Of a DNA stretch of 64,000 nucleotides, positions 21,721 to 34,283 are shown in pieces; position 1 is the stretch's first letter; each line of letters begins with the position of its first letter. Under the pieces are notes generated by a model, which made no database searches, was not told the DNA's origin, and worked only from the letters and a program-made list of their open reading frames with translations. This DNA is from the human T2T-CHM13v2.0 reference genome, Homo sapiens. Made by a program: the position numbers and the translations under genes. The stretch is taken from NCBI RefSeq assembly GCF_009914755.1, contig NC_060944.1, one strand, 5' to 3'.

Positions 21721-21809
21721 TAATAATATATTTTAAAACCTAACATAGACGAAATAGTATTCTTTCAACATGTTATCAATATAAACATTATATGGATACA
21801 TTTTATTTG

Positions 21810-22319
21810 TTAATTTGTTATGTCATAGTTGTACATATTTTGGGGTGTACAGGTGATATTTTAATATGCAATATGTAATGAGCAAATCAGGGTAACTGGG
21901 ATATCCATCCATGTATCTTTTTCCTTGTGTTGGGAATGTTTGCATGGTTTTAAACTTCACATGCTGTATATAATGCTTCTCGATTTGCCTTTTTTTTTTT
22001 TTTTCTGCTTTCAAAAAAAGCCTTTTGGGCTTTTATGTTTATACATGTGTTCATACATACAGTTCTGGTTCATTAATTTTTAACTGCTATGTAGCATTTT
22101 ATACTCAATTAATGTATCCATTCTCCTCTTAATGAACCCTTAGGTGTTCTCACAAATAATGGTGCAACAAATATTCTTGCAAAGGTATCTTTGGGCCCAC
22201 GTGCAAGTTTAGTCTCTAAAGTACACATATAGGTTTGTGTATCTTTAACCCTACAAGATGTTGCCAAATTGCTTTCCAAAGTAGCTCTGGGGGTAATATT
22301 CCTCCAGCAGTGTAAGAGG
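21810..22319 (-). mobile_element. L1 fragments
   Basis: gtacatattttggggt...aaatcagggtaactgggatatcc and ttgccaaattgctttccaaa motifs; continues after the MaLR LTR. Confidence 0.65.
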
Positions 22320-22694
22320 TGCCATGGTTTGAATGTCACCTCTAAAACTCATGTTGAAATTTAATTGCCATTGTAACGGTCTTAAAAGGTGAGACCTTTA
22401 ACAGATCATTAGGTCATGAGGGCTCTGCCCTCACAAATGAATTAATGCCGTTATCTTGGTAGCGGGTTAGTTTTCAAAGACGTGGTTTCCTGACAAAAAG
22501 AATGAGCTTGGCCGATTTCCTCTCCCTGTCTCCACTCACTTCTGCCTTCCGCCACGGGATGACTCTTACCAGATGCCAGAGTCATGCTCTCGGACTTTCC
22601 AGCTTCCAGAACCATGAGCCAAATAAACTTCTGTTCTTAATAAATTAGCCAGTCTGTAGTATTCTGTTATAGCAACAGGAAACAGAGAAAGACA
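22320..22694 (+). mobile_element. MaLR solo LTR (MST family)
   Basis: TG..CA termini (tgccatggtttgaatgt ... ttatagcaac...aagaca), internal AATAAA, TSD AGAGG/AGGGG. Confidence 0.85.
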
Positions 22695-22899
22695 AGGGGG
22701 ATCCTGTTTTCCCACATCCTAGAGTATTTGGCATTGTCAGACTTTTTAAAAAAACTTTGCCACAGAGATATGTATAAAATAGGATCTCCTAATCATTTCC
22801 TCTCTCGAGGCCCCAGTGCTTCTGGAAGCTCCCCCTCTGGTCCTTACTGCAGTCACAGGCACCGAGGGGATGGATCAAGCATGAAGGGCTTGGCTGGCT

Positions 22900-23925
22900 T
22901 CCCTTCTTCTGACCTCTAAGTCCTGGGAGTGTCCAGAGCTATCTGCTGGGCCCCCTTCTCCATCGACCTCTCTCCTTAGATAATCTCTCCCTGCCACAGT
23001 GCTTTAGAATGCCAGCCACACATGCCAGTGACTTCCAAACAGAAAAATCTCCATCCAGAGTGTCAGAAGCTACTTCACAGATTTATTTGATGGCTGATAA
23101 ACAACTGAAATAAATTTAATCTGCCCGAAGTTCAATGCAGTTTCCCCCTCAAGTCTAATTCTTCCCCATTGCTCCCATCTCAGTCAAGGGCAATGCCATT
23201 TATTAATTGCTCAAACCAAACACTTCGGAGCCATCCTTGATTATTCTCTTTCTACCACCCCCACATTCAATCCATCAAATTATATCAATTTCTATGTCAA
23301 ATTGTTCCTAAATTCCCCCGTTCTTTCTAGTTCCACCACTACCACCTCGGTCCAAGCTGCATCATCTCTTGCCTAGACCACTGTAGTTGCTCCTAACTGG
23401 TCTTCCTGTTTCTCATCTTGCCCTTTCCAACCACCTCAGTGCCAAGGTGATCGGTTTAGACCATAAAACAGATGTAAAATGGCTTTCTCCTACTTAAGGC
23501 CTTCCAATGGTTCTTATCATGGAAGACTCAAGGTGGTGAATACCATGATCTACAAAGTTGGCAAGATCTGATCCCTGCCTGCCTCTCCTCCTGCACACCT
23601 TCCTGGCCTCCAGAACTTTCTCTCCATGTGGAGGGCTCTTCCTTTGATCTTTTCATGGCATTCTTGTCATTCAAGGCTCTATCGCTTAAAAAAGACTTGC
23701 CCTGACCAACCCGCCCTGATCTGTTTGGCCCCTTTGTTGCTCCCACAGCATTACCTTCACCTGTCTTCATTCTGGAACTGCTCAGTGCTTGGTTCTGGTG
23801 TCTTTCTGCCCCACCAGAATCTCATCTCCATGAGAACTGAGATCTTCTCAGCTCCACTCCCCATTTGCAGTACCTGGCATGAAGCGGGAGCCCATAAAAG
23901 TTTGTCGAAATAGTGAGTGAATAGA
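22900..23925 (+). mobile_element. L2 fragment
   Basis: cattcaatccatc...catcatctcttgcctagac motifs and an L2 3' end (cctggca...gtgaat). Confidence 0.7.
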
Positions 23926-24033
23926 TGGGGTCACATTTTAGAACAAGCTTTAAGCGCAAGTGAAGTTTCCCTCCCAGAGTCTGGGTGGGATAAAAGCTAC
24001 TTGAGACAAGACAACATTTCTCTTTAGTGAGAA

Positions 24034-24608
<575 letters not shown>

Positions 24609-25376
24609 TACACTTACAGTGCCTAGTACGCGCCAGGAAAGACTCTGTTGAATGAGTGAATAGGAGGGTGAAAGATTTTAGACCAGCCTGAAGGGTCAGA
24701 TGCAGGTGCATGGATAGGTGGGGATCTGAGATGGGGCCGCCTTTTCCCCTAGATGGCCCTGGGGCCCACTCCCCTCCTCCCCACTCATCCACCCCAGCCT
24801 CACTCAGTCCTTTCTCTTCCCTTTCCCCAACAATCTTCTCTCCACAGCAGTGCAAAGAATAGAACAAGAAATCATTTTGATGTCGTCAGAAATCAATATG
24901 TAAGCTGGATATATCTTTTAAATAAACTCATTTCTATAACAAAATAATCATTGTATGAATTTCAGTCCTTCAAAGGGGGTTCCTTTGGAGGGTTTCCCTT
25001 GCCAAATGAATATTGAGGCCCGGTTTTGCCAGGATGTATTTATTCCCGTCTATATTCATGTTGAGAAAGCTAACTGGGTGTTATATTATCTTCCTTATTA
25101 CAATACTGAAACCTAACAAACTGGGTGTCATATTCTTTTCCTTATTACAATACCGAAACCTAAGTTCTTCCCCTTTCTAAGGAGAAGCTGCCTCCTCCCC
25201 CTTTATTTTTTCCTCTGGCTAGAGGAAATTCACAGAGCCAAGATTAAAAAAAAAAAAAAAGAAATAGAAAAAGATGGTCATCTCTGTTCCTATTGAAAAG
25301 CCTGAGTTCCCCGGGCGCTGTGGGCATGCCACGCCTCTCCACTTCCTGACGTCATACTATTTTTGTCTTTGAATAG

Positions 25377-25477
25377 CTCATTGACACAATTGCCTCGGAG
25401 ATCGGAGAACTGAAACAGGAGATGGTGCGGACAGATGTCAACCTGGAAAATGGCCTGGAACCCGCTGAAACCCACAG
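25377..25477 (+). CDS. RIN2: RIN2 internal coding exon A (101 nt, phase 0 to 2): LIDTIASEIGELKQEMVRTDVNLENGLEPAETH(S)
   Basis: Acceptor ttttgtctttgaatag, donor CAG|gtgacc. Translation matches the RIN2 N-terminus as I recall it and joins exon B in frame (ag+c = Ser). Confidence 0.95.
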
Positions 25478-28160
25478 GTGACCAGAGACACGGTTAGGTG
25501 ATGGGTGCGAGAAAGGGATCGAGTGAACCCTGGCACTGCCAAGGGCTGACTTGCAGTCACTCCTCAGAAGTCTGGGAGCTGGGAGTGTGGTAGCAGCTCT
25601 AGATGAAATCCTCTGTAGGAGGTGGGAGTGGCCTAGGAACTAGTTGTCTGCTTGTTTATTTTAATCACTTTGAAGGCACTTGAACTTTATACTCTCTCAA
25701 TTCCTCCTGGCACCAGAACCCGGAAACCTAAAATTGTCTGTGCCATATCCACCTACTCCCAATGATGGAAACAGTAATGCAGCAAGATCCAGCGTGTGCA
25801 AAGTAGAATTCAGTGTAGCCGTGTGAGTCTCCAGAAGGCTTACAGGGGAGCAGCTAAAGAGGATGGACTCATTTTGCATTCTCAGGTCAGAGAAAAACCC
25901 CAGCAGTCTCCAAAAAACCATTAACCTGAAAAGCCGTGCAGTGATTGGAAACTGGATGTGGTTGTAAATTCGATACAAAGGGAAGACGGCGTGCTGTGCT
26001 GTTGAAGGCGATACCTGTGCACATACTGCACACCGTCTGAATAGGAGGCAAGGGACTGGTCTGTACCTGGAGAAAGGGGGTGCAAAGGTCGGGGGGTGGT
26101 GGGAAGTTGAAGGTGACTTCTTCCAACTTTGATGCTAACAAGATAACAATATAATGGCTATAAAAAGACACAGACACTTCGTGCCTTAGAGGCCAGATTT
26201 GTTAACAGCTTCCCCTTTCTCCCAGAAAGTGGGGCTGAGCCTGCCTGGAGCAGTGTGAGGCTGAGATTTATGGAGTAGGTTTTGCCTGCAAGTCATGCAA
26301 CAGGCAGGCCAGCCAGATGGTTCTGGTTGTCCAGGCAAGTTTCAAACCAGCCCGACTAGTTCCGCCATACGCTGACGGGAGAGAGCAACATCCCAGGGAG
26401 GCACTTGCAGCTGGAAGGTGGTACTTTGATACCCGATGTCTCTGGGGGAACAGCACTCACCCTTAATTCTCTGTGCCTTCCTTTCCTTTCCTTCTCTACA
26501 AAACGATGGGGGTGAACCAGATGGTCCCCCTGCTCCTTGCAGCACACCCAGCATTCTATGATTGTTCTTGACCTCAGTGTGAAAGTCTTATTTTTTCCCC
26601 ATAAACTAGACAAATGCACAATGATTTTCAGGTAGTGACTCTCTGCCTCACCTCCAGAGTAGTTTCAAACATCGTGGAACTTTAGCCAGGGAATTTCTCT
26701 TTATCCTGTGCCTTGTTGAGCTAAAATTTAATTGGGAGTCTAGGCTGATAACAACAGAAAAGAGAGCTTTGGTAGCACTGATTTCTTTCATAGCCAGGAA
26801 AGGCGGCTCTGTGAGATCAACCCCAAGCTCCACAGATGACAGACACCCAGACACAGAGCGGCGGAAACCTTTCCCCTGCATATAAGCACAGGGGATTTTG
26901 GGGGTGTGAGAAGGACGTTCTGAACATGTGAGGGGCCCTCAAGATCTTGTTTTCTGACTCCGGTGGGTATTAGAGTGAGAGCTGGGTGGTTGCTTAATCT
27001 TTAACATTTCCTTCCATCTTTTCCTTTTCAGAGGTAAGAATAACTGTAAGCAGTCCACAACAGCCTTATTTCCCAGATGAATGTCACTTTGAATGCTATG
27101 TTGCTTAATTCATGAATTTATACATTTGCAAAGGCATTTTATTTGGCTTTTTTTTAACAGAAAAGAAAGAGGAAAAAGCAAGATGAGTTGTCTTTATTTA
27201 ACAATATAGATCATGTTGGCCATGTGGCAACACTGTTCATATTAAACTACTGTTCTAAGTCGCTTATAGCGACTAACTTACGGAATCTTCCTAGCACTTC
27301 CAGGAGGGAAAGCTCTTTAGGGCCTGCATTTGACTGATGTGGAAACTGTGTGCTGTGGGGAAAAAGCTACACAGTTTTGGCTTCTGTGCTGGAGTGTCTT
27401 GCTGATTTTTTAGAAGTAGTGAGTTTGGTTTTAATTTCTCCATTTTGTCCAATGGAGCTGTCAGGAGGGCCAGTTCAGTTATTTCTAAGATCAAGGAAAA
27501 GCATAGCTGTGGCCACAATTCAGCCTGGCACAGAGCAGCAGCCAAAGGGGAGAGGAGGGAAGAGGAAAGCAGACCAGTAGGTAGCAGAGTTGCTTTCAGC
27601 AAAACCCCTGGAGAAAGAAGTGGCGAGCACCGCCCGGGCCCCTGGCTCTGCACGTCTGACGGCTGCAGGAAATGCACCGCCGTCAGCTTCCTCTGCAGCT
27701 TCGTACTCTGTGAGTGTGAGCTGGGATAGGGAGTCGCCTATCCCACCACAGCCACCACGAAATGTCTATGGTTCCTTAGTTGATGGAATACCAGATTAAG
27801 CACCAAGCTAGTCCCTAGGTTAGGAATCACTATTACTCTAGCTGTGTTAGTGTTTGGTTGCTCTTTCGTGCTTAATATTGAGATAACCTTGATCTTTAAC
27901 TTTGTCTTGTGCCATGGACTCCTTCTCTGAATAATCTTTTGAATGCATAAAATAACATATATAGGATGTCATGGGAAAAACAATTACAGTGAAGTCCAGT
28001 GATCAGAATGTTTCAGTGTGTGTTTCAGCATGTGCTTCCATGGCATAGGTGCTTCTGTTTTACATGTGACAGATAGGCATAAATGACACAATCTCTGTAA
28101 CAGCTGTGACAACGGTGAAACCTCTGTGGTTTCTGTTGGTGACAAAATCACAGGTCGTGA

Positions 28161-28803
<643 letters not shown>

Positions 28804-28877
28804 TGAGCCACTCCTTTTCACTCTTCACACCTTTCCTTTTCTCTCTCCCACTAACTTTGTACAAGGTACTTTAAAAA

Positions 28878-29010
28878 ATATCTGTGCCTCAGTGTTCTCC
28901 TCATTAAAATGGGAATAATAACAGAGTTACCTCACAGTGTTGTTGGGAAGATTAAGTGAGTTAATAGCTGTCAAGGACTCAGCACAGTGCCTGACACGTG
29001 GTAATAGCCA
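28878..29010 (+). mobile_element. MIR
   Basis: MIR core tgcctcagt...aaaatgggaataataa...gaagattaa. Confidence 0.75.
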
Positions 29011-29029
29011 CACTATATGTAGTTTTAAA

Positions 29030-30575
29030 AGGTGGTCTGTGGAGTAATTTCCTAGGTTATCCCACCCAGTCTTGTGGCTCTGATACCATCTATACATTGG
29101 TTATTCCCAACTTATACTCCCTTGGCCAATCCTCTCTTTGAGTCCAGAGGTTGGTAACCAACTGCCCACTCAGGAAGTGTTCCTTCATAGGTTCATTCCT
29201 TCCTGGGTCTTCCCCGTCCCAGTCACCATGCCTCCAGCTTCTTGGGCCTTGTACTCATCAATGGTGCCTCTATTCCTGTCATAACTGCCCTCCTCCCATC
29301 CATCTCCAAATCCAGGCAGCTCTACCTTTTATTTTTCTTTGAGACAGAATCTCGCTCTGTTGCCTAGAGCTGGAGTGCAGTGGTGACACGATCTCAGCCT
29401 CCTGCAACCTCTGCCTCCCAGGTTCAAGCAATTCTCGTGCCTCAGCCTCCCAACATAGCTGGGATTACAGGCATGTGCCAAAATGCCTGGCTAATTTTTG
29501 TAATTTTAGTAGAGATGGGGTTTCACCATGTTGGCCAGTCTGATCTCGAATTCCTGGCCTCAAGTGGTCCACCTGTCTCAGCCTCCCAAAGTGCTGGGAT
29601 TACAGGCATGAGCCACCGTGCTTGGCCTCTACCTTTAAATAGATCCAGGATGGAACCACTTCTCACCAGCACCACTGCAGTAGCCCCTGCCTGGTGCCTC
29701 TGCTTCTACCAGTTCCACTTTCTCCAGGCTATTAGCCAAGCAGCATGGTGAACCTTTTAGTTCACCTAAGTCCAAGACACATCTCTCCTTTGTTCAAAGC
29801 CTTTTGATAATTTTGCATCTAAAACCAAAATTATTACCATGGCCTTCAAGACTCTATAAGATGTGACACCCCAGCACCCCTCTCCTCTGCCATCTCTTCT
29901 CTAGCATTCTCTCCCCATCACTCAGCTCCAGTCCCACTGACTTCCTTGCCAATGTGGCCCCTGCCTCCTGGCCTTTGTACTTGCGGTTCCTTCTGTCTGG
30001 CACATCCTTCCCCCAGGAAGCCTTCACCCTTGAGCCCTCCTTTTCTTCTACCTCATTACCTGGCTTTATGTTTCTTCATAGAACTTGTACACACAGGACA
30101 TATATTCACTTGCTTCCTGTCCATTCTTTCTTTTTTTTTTTTTTCTTGGAAACAGACTTCCACTCTATCGCCTAGGCTGGAGTGCAATAGTGGTGTGATA
30201 TTGGCTCACTGCAACCTCCACCTCATAGGTTCAAGCAATTCTTATGCCTCCAGCCTCCTGAGTAGCTGGGATTACAGGCACGCGCCACCACCACCGGCTA
30301 AGTTTTTGTATTTTAGTGGAGACATTTCATCATGTTGCCCAGGCTGGTCTTTAACTCCTGAGTTCAGGCAATCCGCCCGCCTTGACCTCCCAAAGAGTTA
30401 GGATCACAAGCGTGTGCCACCACACCTGGCCTATCTGTGCATTTCCTGCCTCCCACCACTAGAAGGTAAGCTCTGTGAGACCAGGGGCTGGGTCTGTCCT
30501 TCACCCTGGGATTGCAGTGCCAGGGACAGTATCTGGCATAGAGCACGCACTCGCAAGTATTTGTTGAATGGATAA
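29030..30575 (+). mobile_element. L2 fragment interrupted by two antisense Alus (29326-29627, 30125-30431)
   Basis: L2 3' end tctggcatagagcacgcactcgcaagtatttgttgaatg; Alu TSD CTCTACCTTT. Confidence 0.75.
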
Positions 30576-32112
30576 AGGAAAGGTGCCAAGCCCCTTAGTG
30601 ATTTTAAAGTATTCTTGCCTCAGAGACCTCTTGCAGGTGGCCACCAACCGGTGCATAAAAAAATAAAAAGTTGAAAATGTGTGACAGGCCTAAGGCTTCC
30701 TCCCTAGCAAAGAAATAGGGCAGAGGCCCTTCCCCCAGTCTCCAGTTGTGCCTCCCTGACCAGTTCTACCATGAGCTATTTTAATCTTTGGCCAATAGAG
30801 TAGGAGCTGATTAAATCTCCCTCCATGCCTCTGCTGATCTACCAAATGGAAGCCCGTAAGCCAGGGGCGAGACTGAGGGCTTCTTGCTCCTGGTTTTCTG
30901 CTCTCTCCCAGTGTGGTTTCCTGCTTCCTCTCTTCCCACTGCATCCCTGCAAAGACTGGAGAGTATGGGAACATGAAGGCATTTCACTCCCCTCTCCCTC
31001 CCACATGATTCCACAGTCCATTTTCATTTGGCGGAAGCAGGCCTCTTTTGGGTAGGCTCACCAGGCCTGAGGTAGGTTCCACCCTCATCATCACTTGAAC
31101 CCATCCCCTCTAGGCTGAGACAAGTCTCTAAAGATCACTTTATCCTCAGGCGGAACAGAGGGATCCACAGAACAACCTCCCCAGCTATTGTCTGGGCCCA
31201 GGCTGCCTCTGCAGGATCCCTGGCATCCTGGCTAGAGCAGGTCAGTGAGAACTGCAGCTCATCCCTTCCTCCACTCTCCTGTAGCTGTCACTCCTGCTGC
31301 CACTTCGCTGGTGTCCTCTAGCCCAAGTGGATTGCTGTGAGATGCCTGCGGTCCCATGTCTTCACTCCTCCTGCCCCACCACAGAACCAGACATGACACA
31401 GGAAATTCAAAAATTCCTTGGCCAGCTCTTCTCAATGTTACAATGTAGCAGCTGGTCATCACCTTTGGCCTCTTCTGGGAAGCTCTGAGCTTCCCAGTGG
31501 CTATGTGACAGCATTGACATTATAACCACAGGAAACCCAGAAGGCTCCTCCCTTGTACAATTGTTCACTTCTTCACTTGCCCAGAGGTGAGAACTGAAGA
31601 TGAGAAGGGAAGAATGGTGGCCGCAGCCTGGGGAAAGATGCCCAGAGTTCCACTTCCTTAAGTCTCAAGAGGGACAGTTGTGACCACATTAGCGACTCTG
31701 TGGCTTTTTGAACCAGATCCACCTTCACTTGGTGCTGCTTTTTAAATAATTTTCCACTGAAGTAAAACATAACTCAGCAAAATTGCACAAATAAGTATCC
31801 AGCTAGATGAAAATCCACAGAGTAAACACATCACACATCGATGGCTTTGCTCACAAACCTGTTACTGCTACAGGGCAGGCCGTGTAGCAGCAACAGGTTT
31901 ATGGTGAGACATTTTCCGGCTATGTCACTGAGGATTCTCTACTATGATTACTTTGATCAATTTACCCCCAATCCCCTAGAATATTTCCATATTTCAACTC
32001 AACCAGGAGTGTCCTGAACATGATTTCAATGAATTCTATGAGGGTTGACCAACTCTTCGCTACACTATCACCAATGTAGCAACAACTAAACTCAAATTAA
32101 AGAAAATATTTA

Positions 32113-32410
32113 AGCCGGGCAGGGTGACTCACACCTGTAATCCCAGCACTTTGGGAGGCTGAGGTGGGTGGATCACGAGGTCAGGAGTTTGAGACCAGCT
32201 TGGCCAACATGGTGAAACCCCCTCTCTAGTAAAAACACAAAAATTAGCCAGGCGCAGTGGCTCATGCCTGTAATCCCAGCTACTCAGGATGAGGCAAGAG
32301 AATTGCTTGAACCTGAAAGATGGAGGTTGTCATGAGCCGAGATCAAGCCACTGCACTCCAGCATGGGTGACAGAGTGAGACTCTATCTCAAAAAAAAAAA
32401 AAGAAAGAGA
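32113..32410 (+). mobile_element. Alu (AluS)
   Basis: Dimer; TSD AGAAA(A/G)TATTTA. Confidence 0.93.
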
Positions 32411-34251
32411 AAGTATTTATTCAGTGGATCATATTTACCAAAATACCATGAGAGTGGAGCCTGAAGATTTACACAACCTAAGGAGGGAAAAAATTGTAAA
32501 CAAGTGAGTATCATGTAACGAAATGGGACATAATAGAATACGTCAGATGAACAGAGGAGGACAGCAGATGTCCCAAGAACCTCAGGTGGGAAGCAGGTAA
32601 TTCTAGGTCAGAGGTACATCAATTTCATTAACGAATAAGAAGTGTAAGATAAAAAATGCCCTAAAGAGCTGTTCAGTCTATCTTGACTGGTGATATCTGT
32701 TATCTTTGGGAAGTTTTTTAAAAGAAACATTTAAGATTTCTTTTTTTGATAGCCAAAAGTAAAACGTGTACATGGTGGAAAAAGCACAATGCAGAAAATA
32801 AAAATAAACAACACCCTGACCCCGACCCCACCCCCACTCCAAGATAGAATCATTTTTGATTGTTTGTTGGGTTGGCTGATTTAATTCTTTGCTTTGATGT
32901 GTATCCTTCTGATGTTTTTGCATGACAATCCATTTAAATGGTAGATCATGCATGATTTTTCACTGACCTACAAGGTGTTTTTGATCATCCTAGAAATGCA
33001 GTTTCCTAGAAATTGATTCTGTTTTTGTTGACGGGTAGCACCTTCCAATGTAGTGGCTAGCTTATCTGTTTACAGTAAACCTTGGCCACACAATGTCACC
33101 AGCAGCATACTCCAGAGTTGGAGCTATTTTGACCTTGGCCACACAATGTCACCAGCAGCATACTCCAGAATTGGAGCTATTTTGTGCTCTGTAGGCTTTG
33201 CATTGCTGCTATATTGGCAATTGGTTCTGCCATAAAATATCTGCTTAGTTAGAATTCATCTGCTAGGAAATAACACCAGTGTAACCCAGAGCAATTAAAT
33301 ACTAGAAACTGCCAATCCATGGAACACTTGCCTTTCCGTGAAGCAGGGTGCATGCCCCGGGCTTGAAGGGCATCGGGACCAAGACTGGAGCCCGCCTGGC
33401 TCCTTCTTCTGCCTGTTTTCAGCTCCAAGGGCAACCAGGACAACAGGTTCTTTGTTCCTCTTTCTTATTTTTACAGGAACAAATGAAAGCCTCTGCCAGC
33501 ATTCGCTCTGTATCTGGCCTTCTCATCTCTAGCTGGAGAGTCAACCAGAGGAAGTTCCTGGGCAAAACAGCTACCACTTTTTCTTACCTCCCGAAATGGC
33601 AGCGTCTCCCTGGAGGCAGACATGAGCTTTTGTTCCCATTTCTGTGTCCTCTTCTGCTGGGCCTCAGTTGATAGAACTTAAAAATTACCAAAGGCCCTAA
33701 AGGTTTTTCAGAATAGTCCTACTGTGACATGCTCTTACAAATCTTTTTTGAGGAAGTTGGGGCTCCACCCTCAAAAAGCAGCAGCCCTTCGCCATGGAGG
33801 AATAAAATCTGTAACCCCAAATATGCTAGTGATTCTTTTTCCTTTTAGAGTTTAATGGGACAAAAAAAGGCCTTGAGGAATTAAGTATGAACTTGCTTGC
33901 TCTAGGGAAACTCCCTAAGTCGGAAAACTGGACCTAGGACCAGTTTTATCAATTTCTAGCATTTTGATCTCAAATAAGGAGATAAACTGGATGGCCTCTG
34001 ATAGCCCTTAAAACTTGGCTAAATATGCAGGGGTCCTTCTAAGACAATCCATTTCCCCATGCCTCTCTGCCCACCACTCTTCCCATGCTGGGTGGTGGGT
34101 AAAAGGTTTCTTCTGCTCACCTGGCAATTTCCATGCTGTCAACTGTGTTAGCCAGGCCAGGGTCCTGCCGTGTCCAGAATAATGGATTGGGGTTTCCCTT
34201 CTTCTCCAGACTAATAGAATATTACAGAGACATGTTTAATTCCATTTCAAT

Positions 34252-34283
<32 letters not shown>

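Noticed and set aside
34256-34282. Isolated long poly-T tract as a processed pseudogene tail
   Set aside because: No recognisable coding or SINE body and no convincing TSD next to it.
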